A stretch of 62,617 bases of DNA, counting the filler, from Dugesia japonica (lineage: Eukaryota): NCBI GenBank assembly GCA_001938525.1. It is 6 parts of 6 records of this genome, joined end to end, with 100 filler letters (N's around TTAATTAATTAA, not from the genome) between each part and the next. Parts side by side here need not be neighbours in the genome. Positions count along the whole stretch, not along the records: positions 47,442 to 62,617 come from MQRL01496623.1; 5 more parts are not named here. One strand, given 5' to 3'. Below are positions 52,181-62,617 of this stretch, in pieces. The notes beneath the pieces were generated by a model. It made no database searches and had not been told where the DNA came from. It saw only the letters and a list, made by a program, of their open reading frames with translations. Numbering within the stretch: position 1 is the stretch's first letter; the number at the start of each line of letters is the position of its first letter. The translations under genes and the position numbers were made by a program.

Positions 52181-52312
52181 AGAAAAAGCTTCGATCAAAA
52201 TAAAATTTATTTGTAAAAAGGTTCAAATTTTCGAAAATAGTCTTCTTCAGGAACCATGTCGAAAATTTGAACCTTTTTACAAATAAATTTTATTTTGATC
52301 GAAGCTTTTTCT
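52181..52312. repeat. Perfect 54-bp-arm palindrome, same family as 46519-46747
   Basis: Arms 52181-52234 / 52259-52312 are exact reverse complements around a 24-nt spacer. Confidence 0.95.
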
Positions 52313-52865
52313 TATTTTACAAAACTTTTATGTTTAATACAAAATAACCGATTACTACACAATTCGAAAAATGGATCAATCATCTAAGTAGTTTGGATAT
52401 GATTTTGGAATACAAAAACCTGAATGTCATTTAAATTCTGACGCAATGTCAGTAAATAGATAGTAGAGCACGGGCACAATTTACACTCCCCTCTACCCTG
52501 GGAGACTCGAAAACTGCATACTATTGTGCTAGTATTTTTAAGTTAGATTTTTTTCCTAAGATTTTTGGGATCAAAATGGTTTTGATCAGAATATTTTTTT
52601 ATCTGGATCAGATTTTTTTGATTCTGTGAGTGTGTGTGTATTTTCCATTTTTAAAATTTGTGTATGTTTGGGAGGTTGTGTGGGTTAATTTAAAGTAAGT
52701 CAAATTGAGGTGGTGTGTGTGGGAGTGAAATTGGACGTGAGGGAGGTGTGCAGATCTTGGAAATAATTTGTTTGTGGGTTTTATGATATAGGTGTTAGGA
52801 CTAAAATTCTTTCTATACATTGTCTAAAGGACTTATGTGGTAGAATTGATGGTTCGCCATAGAAG

Positions 52866-54483
52866 TGTTGGGGTTTTACCCTAGATGGATTTATTCCTTA
52901 TATGATTAAATCTAGGGGGGTCGAACTTTATGTGAAATTAAGTCTAGGGTAATTGACCCTGTAAAACCCCGTGATGAATTTGAATCTGGTGTCCCCCCAA
53001 AAAATATCCAGATCTTTGGGATGAAGCCGTTGACTCGTAGCTCGAGTAAAGACTCGCACCCCTTTGGTTCGGATTCATATTTCGTAGTGCTCGCTAAATT
53101 TTGATAACTACTTAGTTGATTTTAGTTACTGGTGTCAGTTTAATAAAGGAATAAAATAAAACCATATTAAATGAAAGGAAAATCCGGTTGTGAAAAGTTA
53201 TATTATTATTTATTTCACTCATTACATTAGAATTACATAAATAAAAATAAGCTAACATAGACTGCAAACTCGATCCGGAGCAAGCACATCGGGGTGAGTT
53301 CATTTGCTACTTCTTCTACCCATTTTTGTAGATCCTTCCGAGTCAGAAATCGTTGCAATCCAAACTTTATATGGTTAAATATTTACCGTGGATATTCTCG
53401 ATTTTCCGGTAATTTTCCAATAATAACGATTGAATAATATTGCTTTTTTCTTCGAGATTGAGTGGGAATTTTCACTTAAGAATTATTTTAATGGTTATCG
53501 TTGTCTAAAATTCGAACGGTATTTATACTGTTTCTCTTTACACCCTCATTCAATTCATTGGTGGATATAAATTCTTGGCGTTTTTATTGGCCAGATGGTC
53601 ACATGCTTTCTTTTCATTGGCGGTTATTTGTGGACTTCAAAACTATTGGTCAACCTTCAGACCCTTATAACTTTTTTCCCTTCCTTGCCATGATTTTCTA
53701 TGTTTAATTTTTAAATTTGCCGAATTTTTCTCGACCAGAATTTTTTAGATTGATAATTTTGGCACCACTAGAAGTCCTAATTTTCTTAGTTTTTGGTAGA
53801 AAATTTAATTTTAGATTTAAAATAAATCGTTTTAATTCTTATGATTTATTTTATTTAAATAAAATAAATTATTTATTTTATTTTCGTTGTGCATCTTAAT
53901 TAAGTGCTCATTTCTTTGGTCTTTCTGATTTATTTAATTTAGTTTCATTGTTTTTCTTCTATTAATTAATTAATTTAGTTAATTTTTTCTTTCTTCCAGT
54001 ATAATTCAATGTGATTTTCTTTATTTTGTCTAATGAATTGATGGTTAATCATTAATTTTTTGTCGTCCTTGTACAGCTTCTATTACTTTTTCCTCTTTTG
54101 TTTACTTATTTCTTGCTGTGATTTCGGCTATTTCGTTGGTTTTGGTTACCAATCTAGATTTTTCTTTTCATTATTTCTTTCTTTTCAATTAATGAATCAG
54201 TTCCTTGGCCATCGTTTATTATTTTCGTGGTTCGGATTACCGCTTCTGTACTTTGTTGGCTTTTTTATTTCCTCGTTATCTTCTGCTGTAGTTCTAGTTC
54301 TTTCATCCTTCACACGAGTTTTGGCCTTCTAGTTCCATTATGGCTTTCGTCATTCTTCTCTCTGATTAGATTATGCCCTTCTTGGGTCCGAATTCTTCAT
54401 TTTCTTTTCTTATGTAAATTTCTTTGAATTTCATGTTTACTTACACCATTTTATTTGCTTTAATCCGGTATTTCACCCCAACA
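52866..54483 (-). mobile_element. Solo LTR (1618 bp)
   Basis: TGTTGGGGT...ACCCCAACA termini; flanks gaag/gaat (4-bp TSD with one mismatch); interrupts otherwise colinear homology with 32550-32600; internal CCAAT/TATA promoter. Confidence 0.75.
53520..53649 (-). promoter_or_regulatory. LTR promoter: four CCAAT boxes plus TATAAATA
   Basis: Plus-strand ATTGG at 53557, 53586, 53616 and 53645; TATTTATA at 53520-53527. Confidence 0.7.
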
Positions 54484-55319
54484 GAATTTTGGTAGCGAAC
54501 GGGCACATGATTATAAGTTCTCGTGGATTGGCTTTTGGGATAGTGTAGATTTGTTGGTGGTTGTTGGATTTTGTGTTTGGTGGNNNNNNNNNNNNNNNNN
54601 NNNNNNNNNNNNNNNNNNNNNNNNNNNNNNNNNNNNNNNNNNNNNNNNNNNNNNNNNNNNTTGATTGATTGATTTGTAAGTAGTATAAAGATATTAAAAC
54701 ATTTTTTGGAGGGGAAAGGCATAATGTGTAAAGGTAATTAATTATTGGATTTTATAAGATTTAATTGAAATTTTTCTCTTAGGTGGTTGTGGCGTAATAT
54801 TTTTTTGAAAAGTTAATTTTAAATAAAATGATTCATTTTGCTTAAAATAATGTATTTTAATAAAAATACTGAATTAATTGAAAATATTGGTTTATGTAAA
54901 AATATGTGTATTTTATTGAGTAGACTTCAAATTTATGTATGGGATGTGGTAGGCCTTATATTTTTTAGTAGATTGTGCTTGAATTTTTTTCCCCGGTTGT
55001 AACTCAATTTATTTTTTTAAGGTTTATAGGGGTAATCAGAGTTTTGATCGGATCATTTTTTTAGTTCGGGATCATAAATTTTTGATCTGGAGATGTGGGT
55101 GAGGCGATTTTCTTTTTTTAAAATTTGTGTGTGTTTAGAAAGTGAAGGTGGTTAATTCGAAGTAGGTTAGGTGAAATTGGTGTGCGTTTATGCAAATGTG
55201 CAAGTGCACTTGATTGTACTGTGCAGTTATTGATTTGCATTTTTAATGGTTTTATGATATTGGTGTGTAAGGACTAAAATTCTGTCTATACATTGTCTAA
55301 AGAACTTATGTGGTAAGAT

Positions 55320-56002
55320 ATATTGGAATTATCATTCTGAAAAAATGAATTCAATTATGAAATCAAAATTTATGACCAATGGATTAACTGGACATAATTT
55401 GTCAATTTCTTATTTTTGTTTATCATTTCTTATATCCTATAAGTGCTGATGCCAAATTTTTGATTTTCTATTGGTGCATATTTTTGGAGCACATTGTGAT
55501 TCTTGTTTCTTTATTTCACGTTTCTTTTCTGGCTTCTGATTGGTCCATTCTTCAAAACCTTTTATAGACCATCCTGATAATGGTAAGGTATTCTTGTTGA
55601 AAATTTACTATGCCCTGTAACATTTCTTCTTCAAATTTCCTTACTAGGGTCTTTTGTGATCTTCCAGAGTGAAGATATTCTATAAAAACTGATTTTCTCT
55701 TAATTTTAATTCTTTTCTGCAATAAATTAATTAATTTTTCATGATAAATTTTTTTATTATATTTTATTAATATTTTCTAATTTCAGGTAATAAATTATAA
55801 TTTCCTCAACTTTAATTATTCGCGACTGGCTTATTATAATATTCTTCTTTCATAATTTCTCCCGGATCCTTTTCTAAATATTGATCTGTAAATTATTGAT
55901 AAATTGGTGATTGTTGTTAATCTTTCAAGTTCCGTTTCTTCTTGGCACTAATTCCGGACCCCTGGAGATATTATCCTTATTATCGGATGTTTCACCCCAA
56001 CA
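55320..56002 (-). mobile_element. 5' fragment of a related LTR
   Basis: Begins TGTTGGGGTGAAA on the minus strand, like the solo-LTR end at 54483; the other boundary is unclear. Confidence 0.55.
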
Positions 56003-56637
56003 TATTTATTAAAATTCATAGGCACGTGATGCATCCCAATTGCATACATGTTGCATTTATTATAATAAGAAAAATTGATTATTTTACTACTTAAAAACAT
56101 TTTTTAATTCATTATTTATAAAAAACCTTATTAATTTACTAATTATAAAAATAATAAATAAAAGAAAACAATTATCCAATAAAATATTTTTAATACAATA
56201 TTTAAAAACTAAATGAAAAACTAAATAAAAAAAATAAATAAAAACGAAATAAAAGACTAAATAATACATTTATTTTTTTATCAATAGTAACAAAAAAATT
56301 TATTGTATTGATTCATTTCAGCCAAAGGCTTTTCCATAGCGACCATCAGATTGAACTTTGCACACCCGATACAGTCAGGTGCGAAAAAACCAGCTGTCAT
56401 ATATTGATTTATAATCACGTCCAGAAGCATTTATTTTCGTTCTTCTTCAATCCTTCCACGTTTTTACAAAATATCTGTGAGCATTCCTAAATTAAATTTA
56501 TTAAAAAATTTAAAAATTAATAAATATTCAACCTGTTTTCATAAAATCTTCTTGAAATTCCTTCATTGTGGATTTTCTCTTAGTCATTTTAATTATATTT
56601 TACAAGAAAATTAATAATGAAATGCTTAATAAAAAAC

Positions 56638-57250
56638 AGTAGGTACATAGTAGCGCACTGGATCAACCTCCCCAGTTGACGTGATCGGATTATTACATAA
56701 GTGATCCAGTATTTTTCTAATGTAAATAGGCATTGGCACACATAATGTAACTAATTTCGTCGCGTGATTATAATATAAGGGATCCAGTATTTTTTATGTG
56801 TATTTAGTCGACGAACAAAATTTATGAGTGCAAGATTAATTTCATCGTCGGAAAATTTAGGCTTTTTTAAGCGGTAGTATTTTTTGCTGTGAATTTAGTT
56901 GGGAATTTATTCGTTGAGGTGAAATGAAGTCAATTTTTGACTGGTTTAGGTGAAATTGGTCTAATTTTTCCTCGGGATTGATAATTTTTGGGTGATTCGG
57001 TCAATTATTTTCATGGTTTAAGCAATATTGGTTTAATTTTCCCTGTAGATTGGTAAGTTTGTGTAATTTCTGAGTGAATCGGTCAATTATATACTCGGTT
57101 TAGGCAATATTGGTGAAATTTTTCCTCGGGATTGGTAATTTTTGGGTGATTGGGTCAAATTTTTACTAGGTTTTCGATATTTTGGGTTGAATTTTGACGG
57201 AAATTCATGAAAAAAGTCAAATTTGTTTATATTTTCAAGTTTTTTTAAAT
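56638..57250 (+). mobile_element. Divergent Polinton-like end with subterminal tandem repeats
   Basis: agtaggtacatagtagcgcac resembles agtagtgggatagtggcgcac; ~70-80-bp repeats (ttcctcgggattg...ggtcaa) at 56940-57170. Confidence 0.45.
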
Positions 57251-58074
57251 TATTTTAAACCTTTGTGGTAAATTAGTGAAATTAGGTCATTTTTTGTTAA
57301 AATTTTTAAATCAAATTTTTATGAGAATCCAGAAAACATTTGAAATTTTAAAAATCTTTGAAAAAATTTTTTTTGTCGAAATTTTTACATCAATCGATGT
57401 GTTGGGCTGAAACAGTTTTTCGTAAAATAGAAGGAAATAAATTAAATAGTAATAAGAAAATGAATAAAAAAAATAAATAAATAATGAGAAATAAAAGAAA
57501 TATTGATCTATGAAATAATAATGAAACGATTATTAAATAATAATAACTGAAGTTAAAAAGTGTAAGAAATATCAATCAAAATCTAGAGTAAAACAATAAA
57601 AAGAAAATAAAGTTGTAAAAAGCTATCGAGATAACGAAGAATTGATTAAATATTAAAATATACAATAATTGAAGATAATCAATAATTAGATGGCTAAGGT
57701 AAAATATGCTCANNNNNNNNNNNNNNNNNNNNNNNNNNNNNNNNNNNNNNNNNNNNNNGAATATCTATTATTATTTATAATTTGTATAAATGTGTTGAAA
57801 GTATCTATGTATTAAAAATAAAATTATATTGATGAGAGAAAAAGAAAGATTAAAACAAATAATTATATTAAAATATTTAGATATTTTAGAGAAAAATTAT
57901 AGGGGGAAAACAGATTAAATCATCATGATCATTATAAATAATAAAATAATAGATTATGAGTCAGGTTTAAGCACAAGAATTGTCTTATTATTATAATTTT
58001 ATAAAAATATAAACATGTGAAATTATTATTATTATCGATAAATATAATTAAAATTATTATTATTCAATAAATAC

Positions 58075-58420
58075 TATTATTTATAATGAACCCGGAGAAA
58101 ATTATACGTAGAAGAAGATCTGATGATTTTGTGTAAGAATTCAGTATTTATATTTGCATATTTGTATGTGATTATGTGGTTATCTTTATTTATAAAATTT
58201 TTACAAGCTTTAGAAAATTATTATTTTTTAAGAAAAATATTATTATTTATAATGAATAAGAAAGAATTAAGACAGGAAATTTATATGTAGACGAAGGTCT
58301 GATGATTTTATGTAAGAATTTAGGATTGATATCTTTATATTTGCATGTGATTGTGGAGTTATCGCTATTTCTAAAACACTTACAAGTTTCAGAAAATTAT
58401 TATTTTTTAAGAAAAATATT
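58075..58420 (+). repeat. ~170-bp diverged tandem duplication
   Basis: tattatttataatgaa...tctgatgatttt...agaaaattattattttttaagaaaaatat occurs twice. Confidence 0.85.
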
Positions 58421-60079
58421 AATTTTTTAACCCTCTCACTATGAGTAAAAAATATAGAACATCTGTGCGCACATAATCCGCTACAGAATTAACAAAAAAT
58501 AAAAAATAATCACATTCATATTTGGNCATCTATGTGGAAGCTACGGGTGAGCAGCGTACGATTTCTTGCATTAGCAGAAATCTGAAGTGGACGCAAAACG
58601 TATCTGTCAAAATTTAACGATACAGTGAGGTATAAAAGGAAATCAAAATCAGTGGAAAATCAGTCTTAAAAATTCAATTTTTCTTTAGCTCTTTTTGGTC
58701 GACTAAACCAAACTTTTAAGTAGCATCTACTATTATCAGAGGAAAAGATAAAAATATCAACGGAAATCAAAGAAGTAAATCTTTTAATTTATTTATAATA
58801 TTATTATATCAAAATAATAAAACGGAAAACTGAGGTGATGGTCGTCATAACTAGCCTTTTTGGTATTGACGATCATCACAGCTTAGATATCCAATGCACC
58901 ANNNNNNNNNNNNNNNNNNNNNNNNNNNNNCAAGTAGAATATTGTTAAGATGATTATGATAAAGTTGGACTCCGTATTGTGAGATGATGTTAATGAATAT
59001 AGGGAGATTTGACTATGATGATGATGATAATAGAGAGTAACGATGATAAACGTTTACGGTTAAAGACGCTGATGTTTAAGATAATGAAGAGATGAATATG
59101 GGTTCAAGTTTTGTATAATGAGGCAATGAATAAAATAAAGTAAATACGGTAAAGAGATGAGGGTTAATGATACTTTAAGCATTGATGTATGGNGGTTGAA
59201 CTTTCTGTTACTGAAATACAAGTTATTACATTGAGCTTAGTGTATTCAATGAGTATTAGGAACTATGAAGTTAACGTGAATTTACTTGAAAATATTAATT
59301 TCCGTTTATAAAATTATGCTGTTACGTTTTGATTTCATAGATTTATATAAAATTTTTTTGGTTAATGAGAAATAATTTTTTATCTATTGAATTAAACTAG
59401 AATAATTCATTTGAAACAGTTATATATTTCCTGAAATATAATTTAAACTTTTGACTATTTTATTGATATCGTTAAAGTAATAATTAATAACACAAAATGG
59501 TCTAAAATAATTGACGCGATTTAAAATCCCTAAATCATTAATAATTAGTAAGTCGGGATGTGTCAGTTCCTGAGAGCAATAAGGGACGAAGCTCTCACCG
59601 AGGACTCTCACCTCTTTACTCGTTTATATAATACAAATTAAAGATATTCGAAATTATTGTCAGTTGTAAATAGTTAAATTATAAAATTGTTTAGAAATGT
59701 CCAGAAAGTTTAAAAAGATGGAAGCAAAAAAGTCATTGAAGATTGAACCAACACATCGAGCGAGCAATGCCCATACTCATGGCTCGTCTAGAACCTCTAG
59801 TAGAAGTAGAAGTCATTGAAGATACGCTAGTATAACAATCATCAGTGTAACTATGACCATGAAAAGTTATAATATATTTTGCTTCGTAATTGATTTTCTT
59901 CACAACTGTTTTAGCATGATGATTAACAATTGAATATATAGATCATTTATAATTAATTTTAATAATATCTCAGATCACATTTAAAATGAAGCACCTCAAA
60001 TAGTGGCATTTTGTGGGTAATTCAAATTTGAATATTTTTTTTGGGGTTGTGGGTAATTTAAAGTTATTTTTGAAGTCTA

Positions 60080-60190
60080 AATATATATGCTTAGGACAGT
60101 CTTGATATTTTACATGGTATGGGGCAGTCTTGATATTTTGCATGGAGCAGTCTAAATACATATGCTCAAAGGTATTTAATTAAAGGTATT
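60080..60190 (+). repeat. Isolated patch of Polinton-like subterminal repeats
   Basis: The gggcagtcttgatatttt motif shared with 33355-33640. Confidence 0.7.
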
Positions 60191-60647
60191 TAAGGAATAA
60201 GACATTAATTAATTTTTTATAAGTTGATTAGTTGAAATAAATTATAAATAATTTTTTCATGCATTGTTTCAGTAACAGTCTTGTTCCCTTCCATACCATT
60301 ACATTACCTCCGATATGCATAGTCCGACGGAGCGAATCTATCAAGGTCTTAAGGATCCAATTCGAGTCCACTCATAATTGAACTTATCGATTAGCTTGCG
60401 TAGTTTTAACTAGGCTAAGCTCGATTACAGTATATGCATCTCCGATAGCAGTGCTTCCATCCGTTCACATTCGGACATAATTGAACACCACTACCATTGT
60501 TTTAAAAACAATCAGTCATCATCGTCAATAGTTGACTAGACTCAGATCCGCAAAATTGTCAGGAATTTCAAGTCAACTGTTACTTATTCAATACATAACA
60601 TTTTTATATTATTTAGCACATATTAAACATCTTTAACACATTTTTGG

Positions 60648-60795
60648 ACCATATTAATGGATCCTTTAAATATCTTAGACCATATTACTATGGAACCTTT
60701 AAACATAATTCACCATATTACTATGGAACCTTTAAACATAATTCACCATATTAATGGAACTTTTAATCATAATAGATCATATAATAATGGAAATT
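60648..60795 (+). repeat. 31-33-bp minisatellite, about 5 copies
   Basis: accatattactatggaacctttaaacataattc units. Confidence 0.85.
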
Positions 60796-60959
60796 TTTAT
60801 TTGATTTACCTAAATTTACATTAAATTAACATATAAAGGAAAAAACTCACCATTTTTAAATTCTCCATTTTTAATTCTCCATTTTTAATTTTTAATGCAA
60901 TTATGTAAATATGAAATTAAACAATCAATAAATATATTGATTGCTTAATTTTATATTAC

Positions 60960-61851
60960 TGTTAGATCTTGTGGGGAGAAATAACAATTAATTATTTAAT
61001 CTGACTCCAATTAAAATACGAAAATTAAATGCGCGTAAGGTATTATATAAATATGATAATAATAATAAATAACTAAAAAAACACTTTATATTTGATAAAC
61101 TTTATTATATTAAACAAAATTAACAAAAATTACAATTAACAAATAAAACCCAATTGATTTTTGGGATTTATCAATTTACTGCTCTATTTAAATTTTATAG
61201 AAGGATAACCGGTTCTACAATACCGTCCTAAAAAGTTCTGAATGGTTGGCCTAATATTCCTCACCACACGTGTTAGATCAAGATGTGTATTTTAATTTAT
61301 TTTATAACAGATCACAGATAATATATCAGTGTTTGAACCACTGTATTATTATATGACAAAAACCAAATATTTTAAAAGAAACAAATTGTAATCTAAACAG
61401 ATTTATATTTGTTCTACAAATACAAGAATTATTATTACCTTAACTGCTAATAATTAGCGCCTTAAAAGTTTTAATGCTATTTATCTGAACTGCTAATTTA
61501 GCTAAAATTTATGTCCCTAACAACTGATTTTCAATCAGTATTTATACTAAATTTAATAAGTATGTGTGTTAATACACATAAGAAAAAATTAGGACAATAT
61601 TCATTATTACTAAATATANNNNNNNNNNNNNNNNNNNNNNNNNNNNNNNNNNATTGATTAATTTCTTATTTCTAAATTTAGTAATTTATAAAAATTCTTT
61701 TTATTAAATTGAATGACCTTGAAATTTTTAATATATTGAAAAGCTTAAACAAACAGAAATTTTATGAATCAAATTAATAAATTAAATAAAATTTTATAAA
61801 TAAATTTATAAACTAGATAAACCAATGTAAGTCTAACTTACAACCCTAACA
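60960..61851 (-). mobile_element. Probable 3' LTR of a minus-strand LTR element
   Basis: TGTTAG...CTAACA inverted termini; purine-rich GAGGGGATGATA (61852-61863, minus) immediately precedes it; an alternative end exists at 61271. Confidence 0.6.
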
Positions 61852-62212
61852 TATCATCCCCTCAAAAATATGTTTTTGTCCCAAAAACTAAAATAATTAA
61901 GATAAAATAAAATTCATAACTATTAACAAAATTTGATCACTAAAATAAAATGTAAATGATTGTATATACAGCACAAGTATATAATATTGTCTAATAGCTA
62001 GATAATGGCGAACGGTAGTAGCTGTATACAGCTATAGTTCCCATATTGGACTGAATTGGAATAACTTTGGATTAGGTTGGCAACAATGACGAACGGGAGT
62101 AGCTAGAAACGCTAGAGTTCTCATTGTGCTTGGATTGCTGATAGAGTAGAGCGGTAGTAGCTAGAAACGCTATGGCTCTCCCTATTTGAATTTTCATTTT
62201 GGGGCGGCTTAG

Positions 62213-62617
62213 TCAGCTGTTAATCTCGTATACATTCTCGTGCACGAAACTCAATCGTAAATTCTTTAACTTATACTGTGCCCATAACCATACTGCGATT
62301 ACGCCCATGAAGCCTATTGCTGCCATTAGCAATGCTATTATCGTTTGAATGCGCTTTTGCATTTTGTCATTTTCTTTGAGATTTAAAGGTGTCACAATGG
62401 AACAATTGCACGATGTTGAGGCCATTTTTAAAGCTGCTTTTTCTATATCAATATTCGTTTGACACGATTCGATTTTGCTCCAGAGTTTTGCGTTTAATTT
62501 CCTGGAGATTGGTTTTTTACTAGTTGAATCAACTTTAACATTGCTTGGTTGTATTTCTTCTGAGAATACCAGATATGAGGCTGTTGATTCCGTTAGCCAT
62601 CGATAACATCTAATTTT
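62213..62617 (-). CDS. Env-like or accessory membrane protein C-terminus (frame open to the window edge)
   Basis: 134 open codons with Cys residues and a late hydrophobic helix IQTIIALLMAAIGFMGVIAVWLWA followed by basic residues; lies just upstream of the PPT/LTR. Confidence 0.55.
   Translation of the reverse strand, partial: KIRCYRWLTESTASYLVFSEEIQPSNVKVDSTSKKPISRKLNAKLWSKIESCQTNIDIEKAALKMASTSCNCSIVTPLNLKENDKMQKRIQTIIALLMAAIGFMGVIAVWLWAQYKLKNLRLSFVHENVYEINS

Larger units (their letters stand above)
52451..56060 (+). mobile_element. Third copy of the Polinton-like arm, split by LTR-type insertions
   Basis: gcacgggcacaattt head and cattgtctaaaggacttatg block; homology to 32570-33060 resumes at about 54490; head partly repeated at 55040-55315; ataggcacgtgat near 56018. 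Confidence 0.7.

Noticed and set aside
58120-58320. CTGATGA in a tandem repeat as a Penelope-type hammerhead
   Set aside because: No stem II-GAAA and no cleavage-site strand
58431-59163. piggyBac element between TTAA-CCCTC and GAGGG-TTAA
   Set aside because: Only about 5 bp of TIR match and no clear transposase motif
60648-60795. CRISPR-like array
   Set aside because: Contiguous tandem units with no unique spacers, no cas genes, eukaryotic context

Overview
AT-rich eukaryotic (metazoan) draft sequence with minimal introns of about 37-48 bp. The composition and transposon spectrum look planarian-like, but the host is inferred, not proven. Five identical 100-bp spacers (44N-TTAATTAATTAA-44N) split the window into six assembly segments, so adjacency across them is unverified. 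Host genes rebuilt by hand: the 3' part of a Shark/Syk-family tyrosine kinase, Nup58, an intronless CSPP1, and a four-exon KGD4/MRPS36 that the ORF track only partly shows. The rest is dominated by transposon relics: mariner, pogo, piggyBac, Merlin, hAT, an RLE-type non-LTR element, gypsy pol fragments, foldback palindromes, a Polinton/Maverick-like family with AGTAGT-type ends and a pPolB N-terminal fragment, a 1.6-kb solo LTR with a regular CCAAT x4 + TATA promoter, and an LTR element with an env-like ORF. The most unusual region is 47.7-50.0 kb. It holds four co-oriented GC-rich modules, each a splice acceptor, a phase-1 coiled-coil exon, a stop and AATAAA. Two modules are followed by a covarying multi-stem motif, one copy of which ends in the same terminus as the solo LTR.
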